A stretch of 64,000 bases of DNA from Caecitellus pseudoparvulus (lineage: Eukaryota > Protista > Bigyra: Bicosoecida). A program made the translations under genes and the position numbers. Shown in pieces: positions 45,626-57,609 of the stretch. Under the pieces are notes generated by a model. It ran no database searches, had not been told where the DNA came from, and saw only the letters and a program-made list of their open reading frames with translations. The stretch's first letter is position 1. Each line of letters opens with the position of its first letter. The stretch lies in assembly GCA_965644315.1 (NCBI GenBank), contig CBFFRQ010000052.1, forward strand, positions 124,001 to 188,000. The letters are read 5' to 3'.

Positions 45626-45858
45626 AGTCGGCCAGGTGTGGCTGTCGCTGTCATGCTGGAGTGAAGTGTTGTGAGTGCGGAGCTGTGCGTGGGCGCGTGT
45701 GGATTCCAGGAGACTTGGGCAGGCTGTTTCTGCCGCAAATCAGCAGTGGGAGCCAATGTACACGCATCTTCATGCACCGTCTGACATGTGGCCCTCTCGC
45801 AGGCTTATGTGGCAAGCCTCGAGCGGCGTTCCGCTCAGCTCTGGACGACACCGCAGGC

Positions 45859-47781
45859 ATGTTGGCCGCGCGGAAATTGGTTCTGCGCAGTGCTGCCACG
45901 GCAGGCTGTCTGCAGCGCTGGTCCACAGCATGCCGCAGACAAGGGCAAGGGGGTGGGAAGCTAAATATGCGTTTGGCGTGCTTGGGTGCCCTGCCTGCAC
46001 CGTTCCCGCCCCCTTCAGCGCGCTGGCTGTCTCTTTCCTCTGGCACATTCCCCGAGCTTGGCTTGAGCGAGGAGGTGCTGGCTGGCTTGCAGGGCATCGC
46101 CACGCCCACAGAAGTGCAGGCCGCAGGCATCCCTGCCATTTTGAGCGGACAGGACACCATCGTGTCCTCTGAGACGGGCAGCGGCAAGACACTGACATAC
46201 CTGCTGCCGCTGGCGCAGCGCCTGGCGCAGGCTGGCTTGGTGGGGCAGGTGCCGCCTGGGACCGACCCGTTCGCACTGGTGCTGGTGCCGACGCAGGAGC
46301 TGGTGTTGCAGCTGCAGCAGGTCATCGCAACGCACTTTCCCGGCACCCTGGCCCCCGCCACACGTGTGGCGCATGGCACAGTGGGCCCAGGCCGCTCGGC
46401 CCCGTGCTCCCTCCTCCTCGCCACGCCCCAGGCGCTGGCCACCAACCTCCCCCCCCGCCGCCTCAAGAACCTGCAAGTGCTGGTGTTGGACGAGGCGGAC
46501 ATGCTGCTGTCAGGGGACTTCCTGCCCCTTGTGCGGGATTCGCTGCTGATGGGGGGGCGGCGGGGAGGGGGGTCCGCCCCCCCCCTCCAGCAGCACATCT
46601 TCGTCGCGGCCACGCTGCCAGACACTGGCAAGAAGGGCACGGCAGCCTTCCTGCGGCAGTTCTTCCGGTCGGCCCAGACAGTGGCCACTGCCGGCCGCCA
46701 CCGGCCGCCCCCCTCGGTGCAGCACAGGAGTGTGGTGGTGGGAGACTGGGCAGCGTGGGGGCGCATGGGGGAGGCGGAGGATGCCGTGCGAGCCCTGGCG
46801 TCGGCAGTGGCGGTGGGGGCGCAGGGGCCAGTGGACACGGCCCCCCGCGTGGCGGAAGACGGTTCCCTGGTGCAGCCGCACTTCGTGGCAGATGCTGGGC
46901 ATTTGCTCGCGGTGGACGACGTCGTGACGCCAGGCCGCCCGGCGGTGGACGCCGCCCCCCTCCCGGCAGACGGCATCCCCCCCTCCCAGGGCCTGGCCAG
47001 CCTGTACCACGCAGCACAAGACGCCAAGGCGCGGTACGAGACACACTTGTTCTCAGAGCGCTGTTCCGCACTGCTCAGTGTGCTGTTGGGTGGGGCAGGA
47101 GGGGGGCCTGCCCTGCACCCCATGCCTGAGGACGGGGTGCCCACAGGGGGTGACGCCGCCCTGGCTGCTGCATCCAGGCATGCTCAGTTGCACCTCCCCG
47201 CCTGGCCCTTCACAGAGGCGGAGGGGGAGGGCGGGGGGGGTGTCCGTGCCACACGCCCCGTGCCCCCTCTTCCCCCTGCTGACACCCCCCTCGACTTGCC
47301 CCCCACCATCGTCTTCTGCGCTTCCAGCCGCACTGTGGGGCGTGTGGTGTCCTTCTTGCGCAGTGTCGCGCCAGGGCTGAGCGTGGAAGGCGTGCACAGC
47401 AAAGTGCCCAGCGCCACACGCGCCACTCGCCTGGCGGCATTTGCGGGCGGTACGTGCAGGGTGCTGGTGGCGACAGACCTGGCGGCACGGGGCTTGGACA
47501 CGGTGAACGCACAGCACATTGTGCAATTCGACACTGCCAGTGACGCAGTGTCGTACTTGCACCGGGTGGGGCGGGTGGGGCGAGTGGGGGGCGCGGCGGC
47601 GGGTCGTGTGACTCACTTGCTCACACCCCACAACGCGCAGCTGGCAGCAGACATCGCTGCTGCCCAGGCCGCAGGGGAGGACCTGGAAGGTGTCTTCTCA
47701 CGGGGACGCAGTTTGCGGCGCAAGCGTCGAAAGGCCGCCGCGAAGGGCACGGCTGCGGGCGGCGCTGACACAGTGCGCTGA
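45859..47781 (+). CDS. DEAD-box RNA helicase, probably mitochondrial; start at 45859 or 45967
   Basis: Q motif PTEVQ, SETGSGKT, PTQEL, ATP, DEAD, AAT, ARGLD and HRVGRVGR. The N-terminus is Arg/Ser/Leu-rich and presequence-like. Confidence 0.92.
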   Translation: MLAARKLVLRSAATAGCLQRWSTACRRQGQGGGKLNMRLACLGALPAPFPPPSARWLSLSSGTFPELGLSEEVLAGLQGIATPTEVQAAGIPAILSGQDTIVSSETGSGKTLTYLLPLAQRLAQAGLVGQVPPGTDPFALVLVPTQELVLQLQQVIATHFPGTLAPATRVAHGTVGPGRSAPCSLLLATPQALATNLPPRRLKNLQVLVLDEADMLLSGDFLPLVRDSLLMGGRRGGGSAPPLQQHIFVAATLPDTGKKGTAAFLRQFFRSAQTVATAGRHRPPPSVQHRSVVVGDWAAWGRMGEAEDAVRALASAVAVGAQGPVDTAPRVAEDGSLVQPHFVADAGHLLAVDDVVTPGRPAVDAAPLPADGIPPSQGLASLYHAAQDAKARYETHLFSERCSALLSVLLGGAGGGPALHPMPEDGVPTGGDAALAAASRHAQLHLPAWPFTEAEGEGGGGVRATRPVPPLPPADTPLDLPPTIVFCASSRTVGRVVSFLRSVAPGLSVEGVHSKVPSATRATRLAAFAGGTCRVLVATDLAARGLDTVNAQHIVQFDTASDAVSYLHRVGRVGRVGGAAAGRVTHLLTPHNAQLAADIAAAQAAGEDLEGVFSRGRSLRRKRRKAAAKGTAAGGADTVR

Positions 47782-48037
47782 GCACAGCAGCGTCAGGCGG
47801 CGGTCGCGGACACTTTCCACTCCCCAACGCACCCCGAAACCACACCGCGCGGTCGCTGTGCCCTGCCACTGTGCAAAGGACAGTCCACATCCACACACGC
47901 TCTCAGTGTGTTGCTCCACCTCGTCGCCTGCTCCAGAATGGCAAGTTCACAGGACGGCGCAGCAGCCGAACAATCCAGTTGGGTGTGTGCCCGTGCGGCG
48001 CTCCCGCCCCCCGCCACGTCCCCTGTCACAGCCCCAC

Positions 48038-50819
48038 ATGACGCCACACACCCAGCTCTCTGTGGACAATTGGCAGGCGTGGGCGGTCGCGGCTGCCGTG
48101 GTGGCAGCGCCGTTCGCAGTGGCCGCAGCCAAGGACGCGGCTGTGCAAGCCAGCATCCAGCACACGGCCACGGCGGCGAAGCCCTCCACACTGGCCCTAG
48201 CCGTGTTGAAGTACGGCTCGGCGAAATTTGAGCCCCTCTTCGCGTACGAAGGCAAGCTGGCTCGCCTGCCAGTGCCCTCTCTGGAGGAGACACAGGGGCG
48301 GTATTTGGCAGGCATCAAGGCGCTGTGCGCGACTCCCGAGGAGTTTGCGCAGGCCAAGGAGCAGGCGGTGCAGTTTTTCCAGTCGGACATTGCGAAACAG
48401 CTGCAGAAGACGCTGCTGTCACGCGCAGCATCGTCCCGGAACTGGCTGGCTGAGTGGTGCGTGCGCAGGGTGTGCTGCGGGTTGAATTGCGCTCCAATTT
48501 CCGACACGGCAACCCACACCCGCCTCGCCCGCAGGTGGCTGCAGTTCGCGTACTTGTACGGCCGAGACCCGCTCGTCATCAACGTCAGCTTTGGCACCAC
48601 GAGCAACTACTGGAGGGGCCTCCTCACGCCCGTCGGCGACCAAGCCCTTCGCGCCGCCGGGCTCATCGTGGGCGCTCTGGACTTCCGGCGCCGCATCCTG
48701 ACGCAGGACGTGCCTGTGCTCAAGGCTGGCGGCGTCGTGCCGGTGGACATGTCTGGCTACAAGTGCGTGCTGGGCGCTGCCTTGTCCTGCCTCCCCTCCC
48801 CCACCTGGACCACGCACCCCCCCTCCTTCCCCCCTCACAGGTACATCTTCGGCACCACGCGTGTGCCCGGGGAGACGGTGGACAGCCTGGTCACCCATGA
48901 CGCCCCAGGTCTCACCGGCACGGCCCACATCCTCGTCGTCAGGGGCAGCGCCTACTGGACAGTGGCCGTGCAGGAGGGCAGCTGGACCGCCACCGTGCCT
49001 GAGCTGCACAGCGCCCTGCAGCACATTATCGACACCACTGACGCTCAGGAGGGGGGGGCCTTCGCCGACCCCCCCATGGCCTTGCTGACCACCGACAGCC
49101 GTGACCGCTGGGCAGCAGCCCGGAGCACCCTGCGCAAGTCAACCCTCAACGCAGCATCTCTGGCCAGCATCGAGCAGGCGCAGATGTGTGTGATCCTGCA
49201 CGAGGGGGGGGACGACACCCCCCTTGCCGACGGCGCAGACTTGGGCCAGGGCGTGCACGGCATGTCCCCGCCCCTCCTCAACAGCGCCATGAAGCAGTTC
49301 TGGGCAGACGGAGGGGACGGCCGGCGGCACTGGTACGACAAGTCCCTCGGCGTGTACGTGCTGCCCAGCGGCGAGGCGGGCCTGGTGGTGGAGCACTCCT
49401 ACGCGGATGCACCCGTGCCCTCTCACGCATGGGAACACGTCGTCCTGCACGAGGAGCGCCTGGCGGGGGCGGGGTACGCGGAGGTGCTGGGGGGGTCCGC
49501 CGCCCCCCCGCGCCGACCCCCCTGTCACCACCTGCAGTGGGACGTGCCTGGCTGGGATGCCGCTGCCGCTGCGTCCCTAGCACCCCCCTCCTGGACACTC
49601 GTGCAGTCTTCCTCCCTGGGCTGGGCCCCCAAGGAGGGCGTGGAGGGGGGGCTCCCCGCGTGGTGCTCAGGGGAGTGGGATGCCGTGGTGGCACCGGCAC
49701 CCCCCGCCGGTGCTGAAGCCGCAGCTGATGCATCAGAGGAGCATGCACCCAGCGACGGTCAGACGGCTCTGCTGCCCATGCTGCACGGGGCGCGGCGTCG
49801 ATTCGACGCCCTTGTGCGGCGTGTGCACATGCGCACCAAGGTGGTGACGTGGCTGGGCAAGAGCAGTTTGAAGGCGTTCCGCATGTCCCCTGATGCATTT
49901 GCCCAGCAAGTGCTCCAGCTGGCCTCCCTGGCCTTCCACGGCGAAGTCGTCCTCACGTACGAGTCCGCCTCCACACGCGCGTTTGAGTGCGGTCGCACGG
50001 AGACCATTCGGTCAGCCACAACGGAAGCACGCACGGCAGCAGAGGCCATTCTTGCCGCCGTGCTCCGCGGGGAGGACCACATCTCCACCGGGCTGCCTGG
50101 TGAAGGGAGCAAAGCCGCCCCCGTCACGGCACCCCAACTGCGCGCTGCCGTCGCCACGCTTCAGCGGCACAACCAGTGGACGGGCACAGCGCCAGCAACG
50201 GGGGAAGCCGTGCCGACTCTGCGCGAGCAGCTGCAGCGTGCAGTGAAGACGCACTCTGCCCTCACCCGCGCAGCCATGCGGGGGGAGGGCGTGGACCGCC
50301 ACGTTCTCGGCTTGAAGCTGGCCGCCCTGACCACCGGCACTGCCTTGCCGGCATTCTTCACGTCCCCAGCCACACACGCGGCCGATGGCTTCCGCCTCAG
50401 CACGTCCCAGACGCCCCTCGTGGTGGAAGCCATCACCAAGGGCTCGCCCATGCACAAGCCCGACCTGGACCAGCTCAAAGACGTGCGTTGCTCGTCGCGC
50501 AGGCACCGCAGCGACTCACCCACCCGCAACTCGGCCTCCACTGCTCCCTCATCACAGGTATCCCTGGGGGGTGGCTTTGGCGCCATCACCGACCCCGGCG
50601 TCGGCGTCGCGTACTTCATTCAGCCCGAAGCCATGTACTTCCACATCGCGACGCGCAGTGACACTCCGGCAGTGCGTGCATGCCCCGCACGCTCACCCCC
50701 TGGCCCGCCACCGCATGTCACCCCCCCCCCTCCATGCCGTACAGTTGGATTGTGTTCGGTTTGAGGAGTGCTTGAGCAGTGCCCTGGTGGTGCTGTCCGC
50801 CATCGCACAGTCTGCGTGA
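48038..50819 (+). CDS. Carnitine/choline O-acyltransferase (CPT-like), four introns
   Basis: Motifs LARLPVPSLEET, NWLAEWW, WYDKS, catalytic EHSYADA, TYESASTRAFECGRTETIRS, GVDRH, LSTS and GGGFG. Confidence 0.92.
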
Positions 50820-52258
50820 AAGCTGCGCTGAATGCAGAGTATTGACTCAGCCAAACCCACACCACCCAGAGCACAGCCGGCAACCAGCCCTATCCCTGTA
50901 CACACGTGTTGTGCTTGTCTTGACCAGCCGTTCATCGGCTCGGGCGGTTGTGGCTTGGCATTCTGCGCTCGGCGTGGTGAGCACCCATCGCTCTCAATGG
51001 CTTCAACTCTTCGGTCTTCGCTGGGCTCTGTGTCAGCCGATGTCAAGGGGATACGTAAGAGCATTTCTCAGGGGCTCAAGGAAGGCGCGCAGCACATCAC
51101 CGGCAAGACCAGCAAGCGGCAGGGGCTGTACAAGAAGCACTTGCTTGATGGTGCGGAACTTAAGCGCTTGAGTCACGCATGCGAGGCTGCCCGCTTGACG
51201 GACGCCACAATGGCCCTCTGCTGGCCCGCACTGCAGGGACACGGTGGTGGGGAGGGACGTTCGTCCAAGACCTGTGGGTGAACTTCAAGAACAACCACCC
51301 GCTCTTCACTTCCCCAGAGACGCACGCGGCCGATGGCTTCCGCCTCAGCACGTCCCAGACACCCCTCGTGGTGGAAGCCATCACCAAGGGTTCGCCCATG
51401 TACAAGCCCGACCTGGACCAGCTCAAAGACGTGCGTTACTCGTCGCGCATGCACCGCAGTGACTTGCCCACCCGCAACACCCCCCCCCGCTGCTCCCTCA
51501 TCACAGGTATCCCTGGGGGGCGGCTTTGGTGCCATCACCGACCCTGGCGTCGGCGTTGCGTACTTCATTCAGCCCGAAGCCATGTACTTCCACGTCGCGA
51601 CGCGCAGTGACACTCCGGCAGTGCGTGCATGCCCCGCACGCCCACCCCCTTGCGCACCCAAGCACCTTTGCCCTGTGTGCCCCTCCACGCCACGCAGTTG
51701 GATTGTGTTCGGTTTGAGGAGTGCTTGAGCAGTGCCCTGGTGGTGCTGTCCGCCATCGCGCAGTCTGCGTGAGGGCTGCGCCGAATGCAGAATTGTGACC
51801 CGCTCAAACCCCCACCACCCAGAGCACAGCCGGCAACCAGCCCTATCCCTGTACACACGTGTTGTGCTTGTCTTGGCCAGCCGTTCATCGGCTCGGGCGG
51901 TTGTGGCTTGGCATTCTGCGCTCGGCGCAGCGAGCGTCCAGCCCACATGGCCTCAGCGCTGCGGTCTGCCTTGGGCTCTGTGTCAGCCGATGTCAAGGGG
52001 ATGCACAGGGATATTTCTCGGGAGTTCAAGGAGAACAAGCACCACATCACCGGCAAGACCAGCAAGCGGCAGGGGCTGTACAAGAAGCACTTGCTTGATG
52101 GTGCGGAACTTCAGCGCTTGCAGTCGCGCATGCGTGGCTGCCCACTCGCTTGACGCTGCAATGGAGCTCGGTCGCCCCGCACTGCAGGGACACTATGGTG
52201 GGGAGGGACGTTCTTCCAAGACCTGTGGGTGAACTTCAAGAACAACCACCCGCTCTTC
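50355..52258. repeat. Direct tandem duplication, ~950-bp unit (copy 1 50355-51307, copy 2 51303-52258)
   Basis: Long near-identical blocks recur with a ~950-bp offset (e.g. GATGGCTTCCGCCTCAGCACGTCCCAGAC; CAAGACCTGTGGGTGAACTTCAAGAACAACCACCCGCTCTTC). TCTTC is present at all three boundaries. Confidence 0.95.
50997..51772 (+). CDS. Chimeric ORF created by the duplication: N-terminus of the downstream membrane gene fused in frame to the acyltransferase C-terminus
   Basis: MASTLRSS...KHLLD / intron 51151-51236 / GTRWWGGTFVQDLWVNFKNNHPLF|TSPETHAADGFRLSTSQTP... then two retained introns and a stop at 51770-51772. Confidence 0.55.
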
Positions 52259-53285
52259 GGCATGTGTCTGGGTGCGTGTGCCCTCGCCAGGTCGCAAGCG
52301 GCGCCGGCCATGCTGTGCACTTCCTGCCACAGGCCACCGCAAGCACCCCCTGAGCTCGGCTGAGCGCTTCATCATCCTCACCTTTGAGTTGTTGTTGAAG
52401 ATGTTTGTCGCCGGCATCATCTCGCTGCTGCAGGACGTGGATGTAGACACCACGTCCTTCTCGGCTCAATTCGTCACTGGCATCATTGTGCGTCCTGGCC
52501 GCGTGCCCAGCCTGCCGCCCCCCGCAAGCACTGCCCGCACGTGCTCTATGCTGATGCCTGTGCCAGGTCACACTCATCTGCACCATCTTCTTGAAGCTGC
52601 TGAGTTTCTGCGCCACCTGCGACGACCGCTTCTTCGGAGACAGCCAGGGTGGCTTGCTCAAGGCCATCAGCAGCTGCTTCGGCGGCTGCATGCTGTGCAT
52701 GTCCTGGACAACCATGCTGTGTGCGTGGCGCAAAGCTCGCTGCAGTGTGCCTGTGGGACGCTGCCCCCCCCTCTCTGCACAGGCTTCGGTGGCACTGGCC
52801 TCGTTCTCGTGGCCACCTCCGAATCCTCCAGCCTCGCCACGTACTTCTCCGTCACGGGGCTGTCCCTGGCACAGTCCTGGTTCCTCGTCTGGCCCGTGCT
52901 GAACGGCACCATCGTCTTCGGCCTGCTGCGCTGGAACCAGAAGCGCAAGCAGAGCGCCAAGACAGGGCACCCCGTGGACAACGTGTCTGTCGCCGAGCTG
53001 GAGTGGTGGTCCACACACGACTTTCCGCCAGATGCCGACCAAGAGGCTGTGGTGGGTGCAGATGGAGAAAGTCGAGGGGGTGAGCTGGAGGAGCAGGCGG
53101 CAGGTGCACATACCAGCCCCCTGTACGGGGCCGCTGGGGGAGCAGGCGTCATGCCCGTGCCAGGCGCAGCCACGGCCCCTGCTGCCCTGCCTGGTGCCCC
53201 GTCCCCAGGCCCTGGTGCTGGTCCCGGGGTAGCCGCCAGCATGCAGGTGGCCCCCATGCCAGGCAGCCCCTCTGACCAGGTGTAG
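51947..53285 (+). CDS. Multi-pass membrane protein of unknown family, about four introns
   Basis: MASALRSA..., NNHPLFGMCL, HPLSSAERFIILTF, several hydrophobic helices, and a Pro/Ala/Gly-rich tail. Confidence 0.7.
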
Positions 53286-53378
53286 TGCCACACCCACCTG
53301 TATCAGGCGCGAGCATGCATTGCTCCCGCGCCTGAAAGCGTCATGAAATGAAGTGATTGCCGATGGCAGCCCTGTGGG

Positions 53379-54565
53379 TCAACCCAACGACACGCCACTG
53401 CCCCGGACTTGGATGCTGGAGGGGCGGCCCTTGCCCTGCTTGCGCTTGGGGGCGGCGGGCGCCGGCGTGGCCTTGCGGTATTTGAGCAGCAGGTGGTGCA
53501 TCTTCTCCATGCCCGCGACGATGGCGGAGCGCGTCTTGCCTCCCGTCACCACCAGCTTCCCATTCACATACACCAGGACAACCAGCCGAGGCGAGTCCAT
53601 GCGGTAGATGAGGCCCGAGAACAGCTCTGGCTCGTACTGCGAGCGGGAGGGAGACGGCAAGGAGGTGCACGGCGCAGGTCACACAGCGGAAGCGGCGGCC
53701 ACGCACACTGCAGAACATCTTGTGCTCATCCGCGATGCCTTCCAGGCGGATGGGGTAGCCGGCGTCCCCGCTGGCGACCAGGTTCTGGATGGCAAACTCT
53801 GTCAGGCGCGCGTTGAACCCCAGGCGCTGCGAGAGGCGCCAGGCGAACGCAATCAATGCACTGCACGGTGAGTGCGACGGGGGCCAGCACTGCTCACCTG
53901 CACGATGCGTGTCAGTTTTCGAGCAGCGAGAAGGGAGTCGTCTTCATTCCGGGCGCCAGTGATGACCATCTGCGCACGTCGGCCGCGCAACGGGTTTCGT
54001 GCGTGAGAAGAGTTGAGCCAGGCAACGGCGCTGGCTTGCCACCCGGGCAATCGGCAGCTCCCCACGCACCTTCCCAGAGCTGAATACAAGCCCAGTGGCC
54101 TTGGGCTCTCGAAGACGGAGAATGGTTGCGGCAAACCTCTGCAGGGCAGGGAGGGGAGTCGAGGCAGTGCGAGGGTTTGCGCTGCGGAATTTGAATGGCA
54201 GCCCGACGCACCCTCGGGTTGTACTCAGCGTTGCGGGCATGCGTCGCGATGTGGGCGAGATCTGGTTTGGTTCGAAGGTTCACAGTTGCAACGCAGTTCC
54301 TGTGAGTGGTGCACGCAAGCCGCGACAGCGCCATGAGCTGGCCGGTGGCAAATAGCAAGTTCGCTGGCCACACGCACTGCAGAAAGAAACGGACGTGGTA
54401 CTTGGTCTCCACAAACTGCCGCACGCCATTGCGCGTGATTGCAGTGGGTCTGCGGAGTGCGAGGGCTCGCCCTTGCTGCGCTTGTGAGCCAGAGGGGTCA
54501 GTCTGCGAGGCAGCTGGCTGCCCGCTGGCGGCCGGCGCAGTTGGCTCGGAGCTGGCCTCAGCCAT
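53379..54565 (-). CDS. TBP: TATA-binding protein (divergent TBP/TBP-like), five introns
   Basis: Motifs [57 protein letters not shown] and GKLVVTGGK. Confidence 0.93.
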
Positions 54566-54873
54566 GCAGTTTGGGCGTTGGAGCAGGGCAAGTGGAAGAT
54601 GCAGGTAGCGCAATGGAGCACCAAGGCATCCGGCCTCGCGCCTTGCTGCGTTTGTGCTCGTTGAGATTGTGCTTGTAAGGCTGGAATGCGGCGCCACAGC
54701 CCATTCTGATCGCAACGCAAACCCCCCGTGTCCAAGTAAGCTTCAAGTTAAATTCGAACACTTGCACCACGTGCTACTGCTGTTCCTATTCGTTTTCGCT
54801 GCAGCTCTGCGTGGATGCGAGTGTCCTTCGGCAACGCATGCGCGAGGTGACCCACACAGGCGCAGCAAACAAC

Positions 54874-55528
54874 ATGGACCACCACCGGGCAGTTGTGGCG
54901 GAGGAGGTGGACCCCTTCGAGAATGTCCCCAAATGGACCATGCAGGCGAGGCAGCGGGACTGGATGAACACCATCAAGCCGTGGAAGGCATTCCTTGGAC
55001 TTGTAAGTGCTGGACGTCCGCGGAAATTGCCTCCCGCGGCCCCGCAAAGCCCGGCTCTCGCCGCCGCATGCTCAGGGAGCAACCTCCCCATACACCATGC
55101 CATCTCCGAATGAATGGGATGTTCGCTTTGGACACAACATGCGGTACTGGCTGAGCAACTACATCTGCATCATGCTGGTGGTGCTGGTGGCCGTTGTCAT
55201 TTCCCGACCCCTCGTCCTGGCAAGCTTGGCTGTCGCGAGTGGGCTGTACTGGGCCGTCTCGCACTACCTGTGGAAGCACAGGGTATCTGCCGTGATTGCT
55301 GGCCAGCGGCTGACCCCCGCCCACCTGACGCTCCTCTTCGTCATGGCCGTGTGCACGGTCATTTTCATCTTGTTCGGATCGGAGATCCTCACCTTCATCG
55401 GCGGCTGCGCCTCCATCGTCTCAGTGCATGCGCTCTTTCGGAACGCCAAGCCACTCACGCCAGGTGCCTGCAAAGCTGATGAGGCAGAGCGTGGCGCGGC
55501 TGCTCCCAGTGTTGAGCAACACTCGTAG
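54874..55528 (+). CDS. PRA1 (prenylated Rab acceptor/Yip3) family protein, one intron
   Basis: Motifs KPWKAF and RFGHNMRYWLSNY, two long hydrophobic hairpins, and VHALFR. Confidence 0.85.
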
Positions 55529-55727
55529 GGAGGGGGGTGCAGCCCGTGCGTTGTCACTGCTGACAAACCCTGCATGCTGCAACGGCAGACTGACGCAATA
55601 ATGTATTCTTATGTGCGCACGACGTTTCTCATCGTCGTCCGCCCTTCCCTGCGCAAACGCATGCCTCGACCGAGGCCAGCTTGTGACTCGCCGCCGTTTG
55701 AGCACCTGCAGAATTGGGGCAACAGCC

Positions 55728-57601
55728 ATGGCGGCTGCAGCAGGGCACGGGCAAGCCGGCCAGCGCATCAAGCACTACACTGTTCGGAGGGAAATAGGTG
55801 CGCCCTTGCGATGCATCCGCGCCGCCGCTCTGAACGCGAGGCGGGCGTTTGTGTGGCAGCAAGTACCGCACGGCGTCGGTCGTTGAGGTGCCCGCAGGTC
55901 GAGGATCCTTTGGTCGAGCCCTTCTTGCAGTGGACACCAGGACTTCTGAGACTGTGCGTGTTGACTGCCCGCCTGGCCGCTGCACTCGACGCCGAATGTC
56001 AGGAACAGCACTGGTTTGCACAAGCTTGTGTTGCCCGCGGCAGGTGGTCATCAAGCAAGTTAGCATCGCGGGCATGAGTGACAAGGACGTCAAGGCGTCC
56101 AGGAAAGAAGCCGTCATTCTGAGCCGCATGGACCACCCTTGCATCATCAAGGGCCTCGAGAGCTTCGAAGCGGACGGGCAGCTGTGCATCGTGACGGACT
56201 ACGCCGCCAACGGGGACATGGTCAAGGCAGTGGAGCGACAGAAGGGCAGGCTGTTCCCAGAGGAGACCATTTTGGACTGGCTGGTGCAACTGTGCTTGGC
56301 CCTGCTGTGAGCTCGCGTCTACAGCGTCGCTACCGGGGCCACCGTGCACGTAGGGCGTCTGGTCCCCACCTGCACAGGTATGTCCACAAGAAGAAGCTGC
56401 TGCACCGGGACTTGAAGCTGCAGAACATCTTCCTTGACGACCGCAACCAGATCAAACTGGGGGACTTTGGCATTGCCAGGGTGCTGCAGCACACCTTTGA
56501 GTGCGCGCAGGTGAGTGCTCCACCGCATGGAGCAGTTGGCTGGTGGCCACCCCGTTGCCGCCTTGCTGCTCGCAGACTGTCACAGGAACGCCGTACTACC
56601 TCAGTCCAGAAGTGTGCGAAAGCAAGCCGTACAACAACAAAGCAGACATCTGGTCCCTGGGCATCTGCGTGTACGAGATGGCGGCGCAGCGCAGGGCTTT
56701 CGACGGCAGCAGCATGTCCAGCCTCATTCGCCGCATCTTGCGGGGGAAGTTCAAGCCCCTCCCCAGCAGCTACTCCAAGAACCTGCGGGGTCTCGTGAAC
56801 TTGATGCTGTCTCGGCACCCTGGCCAGCGCCCCACCGTGGGTGCCATCCTGCAGCTGCCCTTCATGCAGCCGTACGTGGAGGCGTTCGTGCGCCGGTGCC
56901 ATGCACGCGGCCTGGACGTGCCACATGTCACCATTGCCGACTCAGAGCCGGTGCCACCACCTGCGCCCCTGCCAAAGTTGACGTCTGCGTCCCCTCCTCC
57001 AGCTGATCCCACTCCTGGTGGCCTGGTTCCACCCGCTCGACCGGGGCACCGCCGGCAGTCAACGGAGCAGGCGGGCCCGGTCCCCGCCTTCCAGCCAGCC
57101 GGCACCATCCTCATCACTGAAGAGGCATCCACGCCCGCAGAAGAGGACCATGTTGAGGGCGGGGATGAGATGCGCTTGAATGTGCAGCGCTTCATGGCGG
57201 ACGGCGAGGCGGAGGAGGATGACGTGGACGCGACACCTGCCACACCTGCGCCAGGGCAGGCCGCGCCCCGAGTCATGCAGGGCAGCATGCGGTACGCTGC
57301 CGAAGCTGCTGCACGTTCCCTGCCAGCGCACCTGGCTGGCTTGCTTGACGTCCCGCGGGAAGAAGTTGCCAACCCTGCGGCTCGGTTAGAGTCCTTGCGC
57401 CAGTTTCTCCGCGCTGAGCTGGGCGATGTGCTGTTCGATGCAATCTACGAGACCATCCTGCGCCCCGGCAGAGGGGACGCGGTGTACAAAGTGTGTGACA
57501 CGGTGCGCCAAGTCCTGACGGCACGCGGGGAAGCGCAGTCCCCCTCCTTCAGCGCGCTGCTGAGCGAGCTGGTGCAAGGCGAGCATGACCTATTCAGTTG
57601 A
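55728..57601 (+). CDS. NIMA-related (NEK) Ser/Thr kinase, four introns
   Basis: Motifs IGRGSFG, VVIK, KEAVIL, HPCII, ILDWLVQL, HRDLKLQNIF, KLGDFGIAR, GTPYYLSPE and YNNKADIWSLG. The NEK1-like tail reads RLESLRQFLRAELG. Confidence 0.93.
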
Positions 57602-57609
57602 ATTCAGCG

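Noticed and set aside
50355-52258. Direct repeats as LTRs or a transposon
   Set aside because: The copies are directly adjacent, consist of host exons, introns and intergenic DNA, and enclose no transposase or RT.
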